From Paramecium tetraurelia (lineage: Eukaryota), in NCBI GenBank assembly GCA_000165425.1, contig CT868020.1:1-64000 (forward strand): a DNA stretch of 64,000 nt. The letters run 5' to 3'. Of the stretch, positions 1 through 13,572 are shown piece after piece. The notes under the pieces are model-generated. The model had not been told where the DNA came from, did not search any database, and was given only the letters and a program-made list of their open reading frames with translations. The position numbers and the translations under genes are program-made. Every line of letters starts with the position of its first letter. The stretch's first letter is position 1.

Positions 1-153
1 ACCCCAACCCCAACCCCAAACCCAACCCCAACTTCAACCCCAACCCCAAACCCAAACCCAACCCCAAAGCCAACTCCAAAACCCAAACCCAAACCCAAAC
101 CCAAACCCAAACCCAAACCCACAACCCAAACCCGAACCCCAAACCCAATACCC
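1..153. repeat. Telomeric repeats, C-strand (CCCCAA / CCCAAA mix), macronuclear chromosome end
   Basis: Tandem C4A2 and C3A3 units with variants from base 1, matching the Paramecium TT(T/G)GGG telomere. Confidence 0.97.
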
Positions 154-1076
154 ATAGTAATAGAAATATCTAAAAAAAATGATTATTTTTCAAATACTTT
201 TAATTGAAAAATATGCTAGTCTATAATTTATTTATCATTAATATATGATATAGCACTATTTATTTGAATTAAGTAATGAATGAATTGGTTGATACACTTA
301 ATGAACTTCCACAAAAATTCAATACGGAGGCGGAATTTTTACCATAAAATTTATGCTTGTTACTTTTTTTTAATCTAAACCATCAAAAATAAAGATTGTC
401 AGAACTATTTAATTTATATCCATTTATTAAAAATTTGAAAAAACATAGAAAAATAATAGATATAAACAAATATCAAGTATCACAGGTTGGTTAAATAAGT
501 ATTTAATTTAAAATTGGATTATAATAAATTATTATTTTTTTTTATGTTCTAAAATTTTCATTTTATAGTTTTTCTTGGATTTAATATTAATAGAAACATT
601 TATTAATTTAATTTATGGAACATTTGAGAAATACTTAAGTTAGCCCCACACCATTAGTAAAAGATTAGCAGGAATTTTTTAATTATGTTTAACATTAATC
701 ACTGTAATGATTGCTAACCTAAATTAGAAATGAAACAAATCAAACAGATGAGAATCAAAATTATTAAAGTATTGATATAGAATCAAATAAAATACCCTCA
801 GATTTATTGAAGGATTAATCATTTTACTATCCAAAAATATATAGGTTTGAGGGCTCTCTTGGTTTATTTTATTTAGCATTTTTTTAAGTTAAATGCTCAT
901 TTTATCCAACATATTTTTTTGATTAATCAAATATTGAATCAGGTGTTAGCCTAGCTTTGATTTATACTTATTTTGGGGTTATTATCATGACTCGGTTCTA
1001 AAAGTTTTAAATGGCAATGCTTATTCCATTATAATATCAGGCACCAGTATCCTATATAATATTCCTTAAAAATCCT

Positions 1077-1795
1077 NNNNNNNNNNNNNNNNNNNNNNNN
1101 NNNNNNNNNNNNNNNNNNNNNNNNNNNNNNNNNNNNNNNNNNNNNNNNNNNNNNNNNNNNNNNNNNNNNNNNNNNNNNNNNNNNNNNNNNNNNNNNNNNN
1201 NNNNNNNNNNNNNNNNNNNNNNNNNNNNNNNNNNNNNNNNNNNNNNNNNNNNNNNNNNNNNNNNNNNNNNNNNNNNNNNNNNNNNNNNNNNNNNNNNNNN
1301 NNNNNNNNNNNNNNNNNNNNNNNNNNNNNNNNNNNNNNNNNNNNNNNNNNNNNNNNNNNNNNNNNNNNNNNNNNNNNNNNNNNNNNNNNNNNNNNNNNNN
1401 NNNNNNNNNNNNNNNNNNNNNNNNNNNNNNNNNNNNNNNNNNNNNNNNNNNNNNNNNNNNNNNNNNNNNNNNNNNNNNNNNNNNNNNNNNNNNNNNNNNN
1501 NNNNNNNNNNNNNNNNNNNNNNNNNNNNNNNNNNNNNNNNNNNNNNNNNNNNNNNNNNNNNNNNNNNNNNNNNNNNNNNNNNNNNNNNNNNNNNNNNNNN
1601 NNNNNNNNNNNNNNNNNNNNNNNNNNNNNNNNNNNNNNNNNNNNNNNNNNNNNNNNNNNNNNNNNNNNNNNNNNNNNNNNNNNNNNNNNNNNNNNNNNNN
1701 NNNNNNNNNNNNNNNNNNNNNNNNNNNNNNNNNNNNNNNNNNNNNNNNNNNNNNNNNNNNNNNNNNNNNNNNNNNNNNNNNNNNNNNNNNNNNNN
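1077..1795. other. Assembly gap (N run)
   Basis: Run of N. Confidence 1.
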
Positions 1796-4182
1796 AATAT
1801 CAGCTAAGACTTATTATCCGCAATACTCATCAACCTTTTCCTTTAAATCATTCCCCATGTGACTTAGTAGATCCTATTTTTTCTCATTCTGAGGCTTTTA
1901 TTAGTTTGTCCTTTTATAATATTCTTGCAAGTCTAGTTTTTCTTTTGCTTTTCTTCAATTTCCTAGAGTAGTTATGCTTAATCCTTGATTGTGTTTTAAT
2001 TTTTAGAATATATTGATTTTATTTCTTAATTTAATTCTGATTTTTCAATCAGATCAACTTCTTTGTAGGTCAAAAGTTAATTAGTCAGATGTTCAATCAA
2101 AAATTCTGGGCAAAATTATATTAGTTTCAAGCTAATTTTATAAACAATTGTAGTACTAGATGAACTAACTATAGTCATTCTTGCTCTGTCTGTACCTTTA
2201 TCACCTTCAAGTCTTAATCCTGTTAAAACTCTCCCAAAAATGATATCACCAGGGTACAATTTTTTATAAATATAACTCTTTTAATATTAGATATATCCAT
2301 TATTACTATTACAAACAGCATAATCTGGAATTTTATAGGTGATATCTCCATCTTATGTTAAGCAAGACAAGTAATCTTCAGGTTAATTGCGAGTAATCTT
2401 AATAGGATGTTCTTTATAATATCTGTAGGATTTTCTGTGCTGCCTATTTCTAAAATATTCTGGTAATTTAATTCTATCAGTATTTATGGTTCGAATAACA
2501 TTACAGGATCCTTTATATATAATGTACATGTATTCTAGGAGGTCTCCTTCTTTGACTAAAACTTCATCGAGATGGAATCTTTGTGGTATTAATTAATTTG
2601 CTAATGGTATTAAAACAAAGGGCTGAATTTATTTAAAGAATCTCAAGGATTTGAGCATTTTGATTTTCTGTTCTAATTCATCTTACATTAAAACCATAAG
2701 GATATTTTTGAAATTTTCTCTGCTAATAGCCAATAGATGACAAGTTTCGCTAGCTTAAATGGAGGCTTTTCTTTATTAAACCTTTTCAACTTTCTTATAC
2801 TGAATATTATTAGATTTTGTCAAACCAGAGGAATGCCCTAATTCATCATCATTGGCTAGATTCATTATATAATGTTTTTCCTTAACATTGTCCTCCTTAA
2901 CCAAATTAATTATATTAGTATTTTGTCTCTGTAATTCTTTAATCTTTTATTTTTAGAAGGCTTCATCTTAGTGTCCTAGATCTTTGAGTTGTTGTTTAAT
3001 GAGTTACTCCTTGACTTCTTTGAGAGATTTTACATTGATATTCTCTAATTTTTCTTCTAGAACTTCCTCTGATCCCTTTTAGGTAGTTTCCATCATTGCT
3101 AACTCTCCGAAATGTTAGCCATCATAGAGAGATGATACTACCTATTCAATCACAGGGCCAAATTAGTCGAATTTCTTCTCGATTTTAACTACTACACTAC
3201 CTGATAAAATAACAAATAAATTATCCCCAAAATCGCCTTAATGAAATACATATTCTCCTGGAGGAACTTCAATATACTGACCGAGTTTGACTAGATTAAT
3301 TCTTGTGGATTTAGTAAATCTTTCAAAAAATATGAGTTTTTATACAATTTTATCTATTTCATCAAAATTGATACCATCAAAGGGTTAGCCTTATTCAAGC
3401 AATTCTCTTTTACTCTTTAGTTAATCAGTTAGAAATATTAATTCTTGTTCTGTTAACAAATTATCTTTTATTTTGAGGAACTTATTTTTGTCAGCATATA
3501 AATTGTGTATAAAAACTTCAGTGTCTGTTGTCATTTTCATGAATTTAACATCTAAATGTGCTAATTCATCATAGAGTGCTTTTATTTCTTCAGGATTTAT
3601 TTGCAATATTTTTTTGGTTGCTCTAAAATTGTCTAAATCGCATTATAATAATTGAGGTGGTTATCTTATTTATTAAATTTAAGAGAACAATTCATTTATA
3701 TTAATCGGATTAGGTTGAAGAACTTATTATTAATTTACAACTTCTATTGTTTATGATTTGGTCACACGTTTTGTAACTGAATTATTAGTTTTAGTAGTTC
3801 TTTTTGTTACAGATTGAATTAATGGTTGAGATTTAATAATTGATTATTAAGTACTCATGTGAGTAGGCATTGTGGTTGAATATTTATTGCTGAATAATTT
3901 CCTTTTGGTATGATAATAGACATCTTTATTTTTAGACTCTTTAGTTTCTTCATCATTTGAATACAAAGGCAATTCAAATAATGCATCTTTACTAGGTAAT
4001 TATAAGGATGTTTAAAGCCGAGTAGTTTTTCTTGACGTTTTGAAGTATTATGAATCACACATTACACTTTATTTCTGAATGTTGTTAAACATCAATGAAT
4101 CAATACTTGGTTTCGATGATGATTTTATTCTTGTTGTTGCAGTAGGTAGTCTCTTTGGTCTAAAAATTCCATTATTAATCAT
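1796..4182 (-). CDS. Cyclic nucleotide-binding domain protein, 3' end lost in the gap
   Basis: Code-6 ORF from MINNGIFRPKRLP. cNMP motif PGEYVFHQGDFGDNLFVILSGSV...GQHFGELAM at about 3260-3095; second degenerate domain LVKEGDLLEYMYIIYKGSC at about 2560-2500. Confidence 0.85.
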
Positions 4183-4301
4183 TTAGAATAAATACTAATA
4201 TAAATTAAACTAACTTGTTGATAATCATTCTAAATAATTGATGTTGTATCATTATTTTCAATTATATTATATAAGTCGTTTATATTATATTATATGTTGT
4301 A

Positions 4302-5472
4302 TCAATCCTTCTTAGATTTATCATTATCTTTTTTGAGGAGACCTTCTTATTCTTCATCCTTATTAACATCATCTAATAATTCATCAAGGAAGTCTTAATC
4401 TTGGAATAATTAACTAGAATAAATTAAAGGATTACTTCTAAGTGTTCTGGTCTTATGGTTATGCATTTTAATTGGGTTATTTAGGTTATTCTGGTTGTTC
4501 AGGCTATTCTTCTTACATACTCAATAATCTGGCCTACTCTAATAACTCATCATTCTCTTCTTCAATGCCATTTTCTACCTTTTCTTCTTATATCTTTTCC
4601 TTTTATTATTAAGTTTGTTAAGGTTATTATTATTATTATTATTACTAAGGTTATTATTATTATTGTTAAGGTTATGATTGTTATGTTAATTGTTATTATA
4701 ATCTTTAAGCTTCTTCTTCAAGACTCATTTTCATTATCATGGCTAGTTCTGGATCTAAATTTGGATCGATTCCACCATATTCAGAGAATTATCCACCTGT
4801 TCGTTATTAGGGAGCTTATTGCTCTTATCCAGGTTCAGCTTGAAAATCCGAATTATTTCCTAAGGATGAAAATAGGGTTTCTGTGGCACTCATTCCTGGT
4901 AAAATATTAATGTATTTTGAAGATTATCCTTTCTATACATTATCAAAGAATGTTTTCAATTTCTTCAGATGATCTTCATTCTACTCTCCAAAATTGATTA
5001 AATCAATTGCAATATTGTTTTTCTTTAACCTTTTTGCAAGACTGTAATAATTTAAATTATGTCATACTTGACTAAAGTATCTACTTCTTCTTCAATTGGA
5101 CTTGCAACAAATGCCACTATACGTTAATGCTATTGTTTATTGATTCTATGTTTCAAAGCCAATTATGCCTATTGAATTGCAACAGAAAACTTTAAATTGC
5201 CTAATTGTTAAATTTACTTGCATACCTTCTAATCTCGTTTTATGGAATTATCCCTAGATTAAATCTCTATCATTTGTAGGAGTCATCAACAATCTCACTT
5301 ATTTACCACCTCCTAAAATCAATCCCATTCCACTTTCCATGTTTGAATCAATAACTACATTAATATACAATTCAATGGCTTCTTGCTAAGCATTCCATCT
5401 AGATGGCTCTAAGTCACCATTTCTAGAGAATTCTGAGTTATCCAAAACTACTACGGCTGCTTCTAGAGGCAT
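4302..5472 (-). CDS. RPN10: 26S proteasome regulatory subunit RPN10/S5a (VWA + UIM)
   Basis: MPLEAAVVVLDNSEFSRNGDLEPSRW..., ALKHRINKQ, LAKRLKKNNIAIDLINFGE, DPELAMIMKMSLEEE; poly-Gln linker encoded by TAA runs; three tiny introns. Confidence 0.95.
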
Positions 5473-5767
5473 TTTTATTAAATTTAAATAATTAATAATC
5501 ACATTGGGATTGTTTTTGGATGCTCCTTGAAATTAATTTTTCTCAAATAATCATTCAAAAATACTCATTCATCGTTTAAATCGTTCAAATATTTAAATTA
5601 TATTTGTTATTTTTGGGTAATTAATCATTCCTTATTGATACACAAAAATAATAATCAAATACATAAACAAAGAATCAACAATTTGTAGGTGATAAGTCTC
5701 TCATTATATCTGAAAATACATATTTTTTAAATTAAATAACTCATTAATAATAGATAGATATTAATTT

Positions 5768-8700
5768 TCAAAATGGACTCCTTATGTAAATTTTAATTTT
5801 CAATCTTTATCTTCTGATTAAATAAATAATAACTAAAATTAAAATTACAAGCCCAATCAATATTAAAATAAAATAAATAAACATCCCTTTTGTTTCTAGT
5901 TTATTAATTAGTATTAATTCAACTTCTATAGTTTGTAAGTGAGTGGTTGCGACTAAATTGAATTTTTCAAATTCCTTTTCTACTTTTTACTATTCGATTT
6001 CATACCCAAATTTTCCAAAATAAAATTCAGAATCGTGTATCGATTCAAGTATTTGATGAGTAGTATTGAAAAAGTGAAATTTATCATCCTGTTACATTAA
6101 TATTTAATAAGTAGGATCATAAAATTATTTTTCCAATCTCAAATCGTAAATAGCTCTATTGCAAATTAATGTTTAATTCTCCAAGTAAAGTAGGATATTG
6201 ATATGATCACATTGCCTAAGTATTTTAGAAACATTTCCTATTTCCAATTAATATAATTTATTAAATTATAATTTATAGATTAACAAATATTCAAACATTA
6301 TTTAGCTGATTTAAACATAAATAGATTCCTATTCAAACTTACATTTTAACAGGGCAAAGCTGCTCTCAGCTAAAATTTCGATAATTTAGATAGGCTAAAC
6401 AGGCATTAAGTTTATTAGAAGATCTTAAAGTTAAAGGTAATCCAAAGTGATTATGCCAAGTATTGAATTGCTGGTTCCTTCTAATTGTAGTATAGATAAT
6501 AAAATTTAGAATGATATTGAAGTTCTAACGAATTTCATCTGAAGAACAAGATTTTCATTGTCGTCAAATGTGATTGAATTGTTAATTTCCAACTTAGACT
6601 ATATTGATAATAATGAGTTAAATTAAAAGAAGAATAATTCTTGCTGAATCCCAATCTGGACAATTATCAATTTCCCAAGTTTTTTGACCAGAAATGGATT
6701 GGCATTATTACTCGTAATTTCTATACTATTACTAGATTCCGATACAAAGGATCCTGTTTCAATATCAAAAAAAAAAATGTTATAATAGCAATATTGTATA
6801 TTATCATTCTACCAAAATTAAATAAATTAATAGTCTGAAATCTAAATTATTTACATATTATTGTTATTGAAAGTTGAATTAAGAAATTTACAAGTTATAT
6901 GATGAATATATTTATCTAAAGCTACGAAATAGCATTCGATTTCATTTTGAATTTTTGTTTTTAAAATGCAGTTAAGTTCAGATTTAGATTTGCATTCTAA
7001 TAATTTTTGAATTCTAAGAAATGGTCCTCGTAAAATTAAATTATTATTCTTAGATATGAATGCAGAAAAGATTTGACCATAAAAATAGTTAGCCAATACT
7101 ATATCTCTACTTACTAACTTATTTTCTATAAAGTTCTTAAGTTGTAATTAATGACACTTATTTTCAACTTTTAAATTTAATTGGCATTCTATAGATTTAC
7201 CAGTAATTTAAGAATTAAGTTAAATAGGGAATGTTTTATATTCTACCAATTTACTTTGAGTAGAATTTAAATTGTTCATTTAGAGTTCAATTTCTAAGAT
7301 ATTTGATATTCTCATTTAGTTATTTTCATCTTAGTATACCAATTTAGAATTTTGAAAAAAGAAATGCTTACTATTACATTTAATACTTGAAATCCATTAA
7401 ATTTCATCTTACCACTAAATTGCAAGAACCAATATATACATTTGTTCTGACTTAGTAGCAAGCAAACCTACAAAATTCGTATAAAATTAGTAAACAAAGG
7501 GTCTAACAAAAGTATAATCCTTGTAAGTTATATTTTCAGAGTGTTGTATCTCAAAGTCTTCTAGATAATAACAAAACAGGATGGTTAAAGATTGATGTAT
7601 ACCAATCAATTATTGTCCAAAACCAAATGGCAGCATATTAATTATTTATACATCATAAATTCTTAAATAATGGACTTATTCTTCTACTTACCATTATTAT
7701 AATACAAACAAAGTTTAATATTATATAGCTTTTAACTTAGAATTATCTTTATAGAACAATATATTTTCATTTAAAAATAGATCTTCTGGTATTTAATACA
7801 TTTATTATTTTAATTAATATGTATTATTTTGATTTAGATTAAAAATTATTGGAATTTAGTCTTTATAAAATAAAAGCAATGTGAGTCCAAATTAAATTAT
7901 TTTATCTGGAGAATATTCAAGTTACTATATTTACATTGACAAACAAGAATTATGATCAAATTTGTAAACTCTTGCTGAATTTACCCCTAATTTAAATAAC
8001 CAAAACACATTATTTTTTTTAATTAACTTCATACCTTATATATTAATTGATAAATCTTGACATTTCTAATCACAAGATGTAAATTTAAGAATATCATTCT
8101 TTAGAAACAAGGCTGATGTGTTTTCAAAGCCTAGTAATGTATAATTAAGTTTATGGAAGAATGGTTTACATTAATAGATTGAGTAAAAACTATCTAAGCT
8201 ATTAGGTTGTTCTTCTAATGATATTGGAGCTTATATTTCATAATAGATATCATTAACTTTCACATATTTCTAAAAAATAAACCTGGCTTGTGGTTAGCAA
8301 TAATTTTGTATTAAACTGTCCATTTAACAAAGACTTTCTTCATTTTCTTTAATTTTCACAATCTTATAACACATTATTAAATTTAAAGCAAAACTCTGTA
8401 TGCTGAAAATATAAAGGAATTGCTTTTTGGGTTTAATGAAAGGTTGAGTTAGATGATACTTATAGAATTACATTTAATTTAATTCTTCATCAATTTAATA
8501 AAAGTAACTAAGAGATTGGATGAATTTGATTTATTAATTTGGTATTTATATTGTATAGTTAATGTCAAGTGTTAATATTAAAGAGATCTCTTTTTCATTA
8601 TAAATAAATAAACGACCATTAATATAATTCATTTCATAAGAAGAGTTGAAGTTAGTTCTTAATTCAGTTTGCCAAATATAAATTTATCCTGAATTCGACT

Positions 8701-9579
8701 AAGTGAAAATTTATTGGAATTAACATTACTTATTTAGTAACAGTTTTTTGATCTTTCCCTAATATACTTAACTTAAATATATCTATGAATGAGAAAGATT
8801 AAATTATAAATAAAAATTATCTTCAACTAACATTAAATAAGGTGAACGTTAGGAACAATATAAAATGTCGAATAATTATTTAATTTGATATCCAATATTT
8901 ATTTAATAGAATGTAGTTTAGTTTAATAGTATTTGGTTCAAAGTTAAATTTATAATAACCCAGTTCTCACATTAATGAAAAGCCAATAAGAATTAGAAAT
9001 TCTATATTTCAAAATAAGTCCTTTTGCATTAAGTTATATTTAGATTGGCTAAACTATATTAGTATAAAAGCTAAGTTGAATTATTCTTAAAAAATACAGC
9101 ATACACATTAACATATGTTTGGGAGTAACAGAAAACAACAAATGAATTATTTTTATTCCTAAAGAACTCCTCACAGATTTCTCCAGGATTAGAATTAATC
9201 TCAACCACAAAGGGTTATGCTTATTCATAACTTGCATCATTATTTTCAAATATATTTGAATATGTGATATAAAGTAATTCGAATATTGAATTAAATTACA
9301 TAGCCATTTTTTAAATTTCTAAGAATCATCTAAAGTTTCCATTACCTTTGATTGAATTACCTTACCTGGTGGAAATAATTTCATCGTAAATGATTTTTCA
9401 ATCAAATTTTGATTAATTCTGACTTCAGCATTTTAAATATCTTTACCATCTGACTCTATCATGATGGATGAACTGTATTTAGAATAAAATATCTAATCTT
9501 CTTTGATACGATAATCCTAGCAAACCTAATATGTTAATTGAATTAAATTCATAATCACTATTGATATCAAAAATAGCAT
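5768..9579 (-). CDS. Large type I membrane protein of unknown function (about 1260 aa)
   Basis: Signal-peptide-like start MLFLISIVIMNLIQLTYQVC; C-terminal TM MFIYFILILIGLVILILVIIYLI followed by RRQRLK; length implies one small intron or an indel that I did not locate. Confidence 0.7.
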
Positions 9580-9649
9580 AGTATTTAGTATTAAAATTAT
9601 AAATATTTATATTATATATATTCATTAATAAAATCAAATTGTATTCTAA

Positions 9650-10360
9650 TCATTAATAATATTAATTAAGATCTAGATTAATTTTGTCAAGTTATTTAGC
9701 ATAATTTCTAGAGTATGACGATATGAGGTCAAATTCTCCAAATTTATTCTCGTATTACTCGATGGATTAGACAGAACTAAATTATTTATGAATTGGTTTT
9801 ATAGAAAATTAGTTTATATATTAAATGATTTCTTTCTTCTTTGGATTTAAAGTTCGCTTTAATTCAACTTATTTAAGTTTATTAAGTTTTATTTAATCCA
9901 CTATCTTACTTTGTATACCACAGAGATAATGTTCATGTATTTTTTCCATTTCGCTATATAGTAATTCATCAAAATAGGCGAACCATTTCATAAAATTTTA
10001 TAAATACAAGGTTTACTAGGATGGTTTGATTTATAGAGTATTTATGAAGTGAATAGTTCTATTCAGTAAAATATCACGATTTAGATGAACAACAGGAATG
10101 CTAAATATTTCTTAGATATCTTGAAAATTCGATGTTGACGTAAATATTTTGTTAAGAATATTCCTTATATATCCTTCATTCTTATATTATTGTAATTCTT
10201 GAATATATTTACATATTCTGTTAATGTAAAGAATGAGAGTATTCTTATTTATCAATTACAGATTTTTTTCTTGAATTGGTCGATAGGTTGTAGATTTGAA
10301 TTTGCTTTCATCAATACTATTGTAACGATTACGCTACGAATATATTCTTATTCTATTCAT
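9650..10360 (-). CDS. Hypothetical protein (236 aa)
   Basis: ATG and TGA in frame under code 6: MNRIRIYSQRNRY...LDLNQYYQ*. Confidence 0.6.
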
Positions 10361-10918
10361 TAATAAATGTAAAATAAGTGTTATTGAGAATAATAAATTC
10401 ATTAGATAGTTATTCTTGTATAATTTGTAAATGGCTGATACATTATGTACAATATGATTACGAGATTACAAGTAAGACATTTTAAGAATAATCATAAGGT
10501 CTAAGTTAGCTGTTGATTTATAAAAATGGGAAAGGTTTGAAAAATTACCAAGTTTTAAGTACTAGATCATGTTGTATAATTATACAATCAATCTATAAGA
10601 GCACACAATCTTTAGATTGTTATTGAGTCTTACGAACATAATTTTTATGAGATTAAAAAAAAATAGAAAATGTTTTGTCTCTTTTTTAGAGAATTTACTA
10701 TATATTAAATGCGTATCCGAAAATTACTTTCTTCTATTAAGAAATCTCAAAAGTATTTGTTGTAATTGAGAATATCAAGAGTAACTAATTAGCAGTAAAC
10801 TAATTTATAACAATATTTTCAATAAGGTAGAATTTGGGTATTTGGAAATTGAAGCATAAGGGATTAAAATATTTAATTTAGTTTTTGTTATTATTTATGA
10901 AGTTAATTTAATTGAATA

Positions 10919-12569
10919 TCATACAAATTTTTATCTATTTAATTAATAATAAGAAAATTATAAAAAATAAAGGTTTTATTCTTGGATTGGTTGTTCCTAA
11001 TTATCACTTGATAAGTTGTCTTCATTGCTTTATTCAATTCTCATTTAATAGATATTCTTAAGTGATGGTTTGAATGAGGATTGCTTTAGAAAATGCCCTT
11101 TTTTATCCATACTCTAACTTTTGAATCTTCTTTTCTTTTATTTATATTCTGACAATTGACTTGAATGTTCACTTACCGAATTTTAACTTTATTAATAAAA
11201 TGATTTTAAAGTGTTTTTGGATTGCAAATAATTAAAACTCATACCCACAGAACCCTCAACAATAGATTGAGTAGAAACGAAATTACCAAAATGGGAAACT
11301 AATGTTTAGGCTTATAATTGAGCCAATAAGTCCTAAACTGTGATTCTGTTTTCTGGTTATTTTTATAACATAGCTTTCAGTAAATAAATACTTTTTTAAC
11401 TGACACTAAGAAATTTAGATTCCGAAAAGTCGATTTAACATTCTTTATTTAATTTCAATAATCCATCATATGTATTTGATCGAAATGGTGCTCTTCCACA
11501 TAACATGGAATAAAATATTATACCTAAACTAAAAACATCTCCAACCTCTAGATATGGTTATCTCAGAAATACTTCAGGTGCTATATAACCAGCTGTGCCT
11601 TACCCATTTTACAATCTATCTCTCGATATTTTCTCAGTGAAACCAAAGTCAATCAGTTTGAGATTATCTTTATCTATTAATACATTTTCCAATTTAATAT
11701 CTCTATGAACATAGCCAATACCATGCACACACTAGAGAGCAATAGTAAGTTTAAGTAGGATTTATGTGGATTCCACCTCTGTTAACTTCTTCTTATCCTT
11801 TAAGTACTAATACAAGGAGCCTCCTTTGATGTACTCTGTGACTAAGACTATAATCATGTTATTCTGATATTTACTTAGCATTTCGTCAAGTTATATGATT
11901 TCGAATAGTTTAATGATGTATGGTGAATTCAATTTCCTAAGCACGTAACATTCTGATTGAATAAAATTATGAAATTTTTATGAATCCTTCTTTTAAATCA
12001 GTTCTTCTCTATAATAAATTTTGCCTGCGTAATTGAGTGGTTAATTGGGGAGACGAATGTTTGGAGTGAGTTAGATGACTTTGGAAAATCCACCTTTAGC
12101 AATGACATCAGAGAATGTATAGACTTAATCCAGATTTTAGATAAAGGAGAATTAAGAAAGGTTCTTGAAGAATTAAAAGGTAGATTTTCTAGAGAAGAGA
12201 TAGTTAATAATTTTACTAATCATTATTCCAAATATAAATGAATATATCTTTGGTTCTTTTGATTCTGATTACTTTTATAAGATCAGATTTTTTATTAGAA
12301 ATTTTAAGGTCAATGATTTTAAGACTGATATCATGATTGAGTTAGATGTACCCCTTAGTTTTGTTATGATGTTAGTAAAATAGTAACCCTTCATGATTCA
12401 ATAGAAATTGATATTCAGTGGGCTTACTACATTTCCAAGTTATTCGATTCATAGTAAACTATGAAATGATAGATTGAGTAATGTTGAGTTATAGTTTTTT
12501 ATTCCAGAATGCTTTGGTCTAGTCGTTTTCCTGGAATATGGGCCAATATTGGAATTGATGATCATACAT
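10919..12569 (-). CDS. Ser/Thr protein kinase, CAMK-like, with N-terminal extension
   Basis: [36 protein letters not shown]; introns 11848-11874 and about 11149-11176 give an intact frame. Confidence 0.92.
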
Positions 12570-12672
12570 TTTTTAAATTAATTAATAAATTTTTATATAG
12601 ACTAAGTTATTATATATAATATTAGAAGTGTCTTGAATTAAATTCTTACTTTTTTAATATTATTTGATTGAA

Positions 12673-13556
12673 ATGGGTATATGTTAATCTACTCATATTT
12701 AATACCTGGAAGATTTAAAGATTAGACATGCACCTATACTCTATGTTAAGAAATCTCCAGTGTTGGGAATGCATAAAATATATCTCGAGAATCTTCCAAC
12801 ATTAGATGAGTTTAGTCATGAAGATGATTAGATTAGAAGAGCCTAATTTAGTTATAACGATGACATAATTTATAATGGACAGTGGAATGGAAATAAAAGA
12901 AATGGTTTGGGCGTATTAGTATGGAAAGGTAGATATATTGATCTAGCAATTTAGATGGAACTTATTATGAAGGCAGCTGGAAGGCTGATGAAATAGATGG
13001 AAATGGAAAGTTTGTGAGTAATAATCTGGTGATAGAAGGGTAATGGAAGAACAATTAGTTGAATGGTTATGGTATTTATAAGGTGGATGATCTCTATAAG
13101 TATGAGGGTTATTGGTGTGATGATCAGAAAATTGGTATTGGGAAGGAGTATTATGATGATGAAAGTCAATATATTGGGAATTTCGACTAAAACGTAAAAT
13201 CGGGTATTGGAATCTATATTTGGAATGATGGGAGCAAGTACGAAGGAATGTTCAAATAGGACTGTTTGAATGGAATGGGAGAATTGAGATGGGAAAATGG
13301 AAGTTGGTATAAAGGGGAATTTGTGAATAATTATTTTCATGGGCAAGGGTGTTTTCAATGGAGTGATGGCAGAAGATACGAAGGCAATTATGTTTACGAC
13401 TACAAAAATGGATATGGCAAATATTTTTGGGAGAATAATCAAAAATATGAAGGCTATTGGAAGAATGATAAGTGGAATGGTCATGGAACACTAACAAAAT
13501 CAAATTGTATAATAGAGGGAGAATGGATTGAAGGTAAATTGTAAAAGGTTAAATGA
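12673..13556 (+). CDS. MORN repeat protein
   Basis: Repeated Y-x-G-x-W/F...G-x-G units; starts MGIC (possible N-acylation); intron 12929-12954. Confidence 0.93.
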
Positions 13557-13572
13557 TTATTTATAATTTATA

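Noticed and set aside
154..1076. Possible coding sequence or 3' end of the cNMP gene left of the gap
   Set aside because: All three minus frames hit TGA within a short distance and no motif is recognisable.
4600..4700. (TTA)n microsatellite-like tract
   Set aside because: It is the TAA-encoded poly-Gln/Pro linker of RPN10.
12951..13503. Hydrophobic minus-strand ORFs of 177 and 83 aa in the ORF track
   Set aside because: Antisense shadows of the MORN repeat gene.
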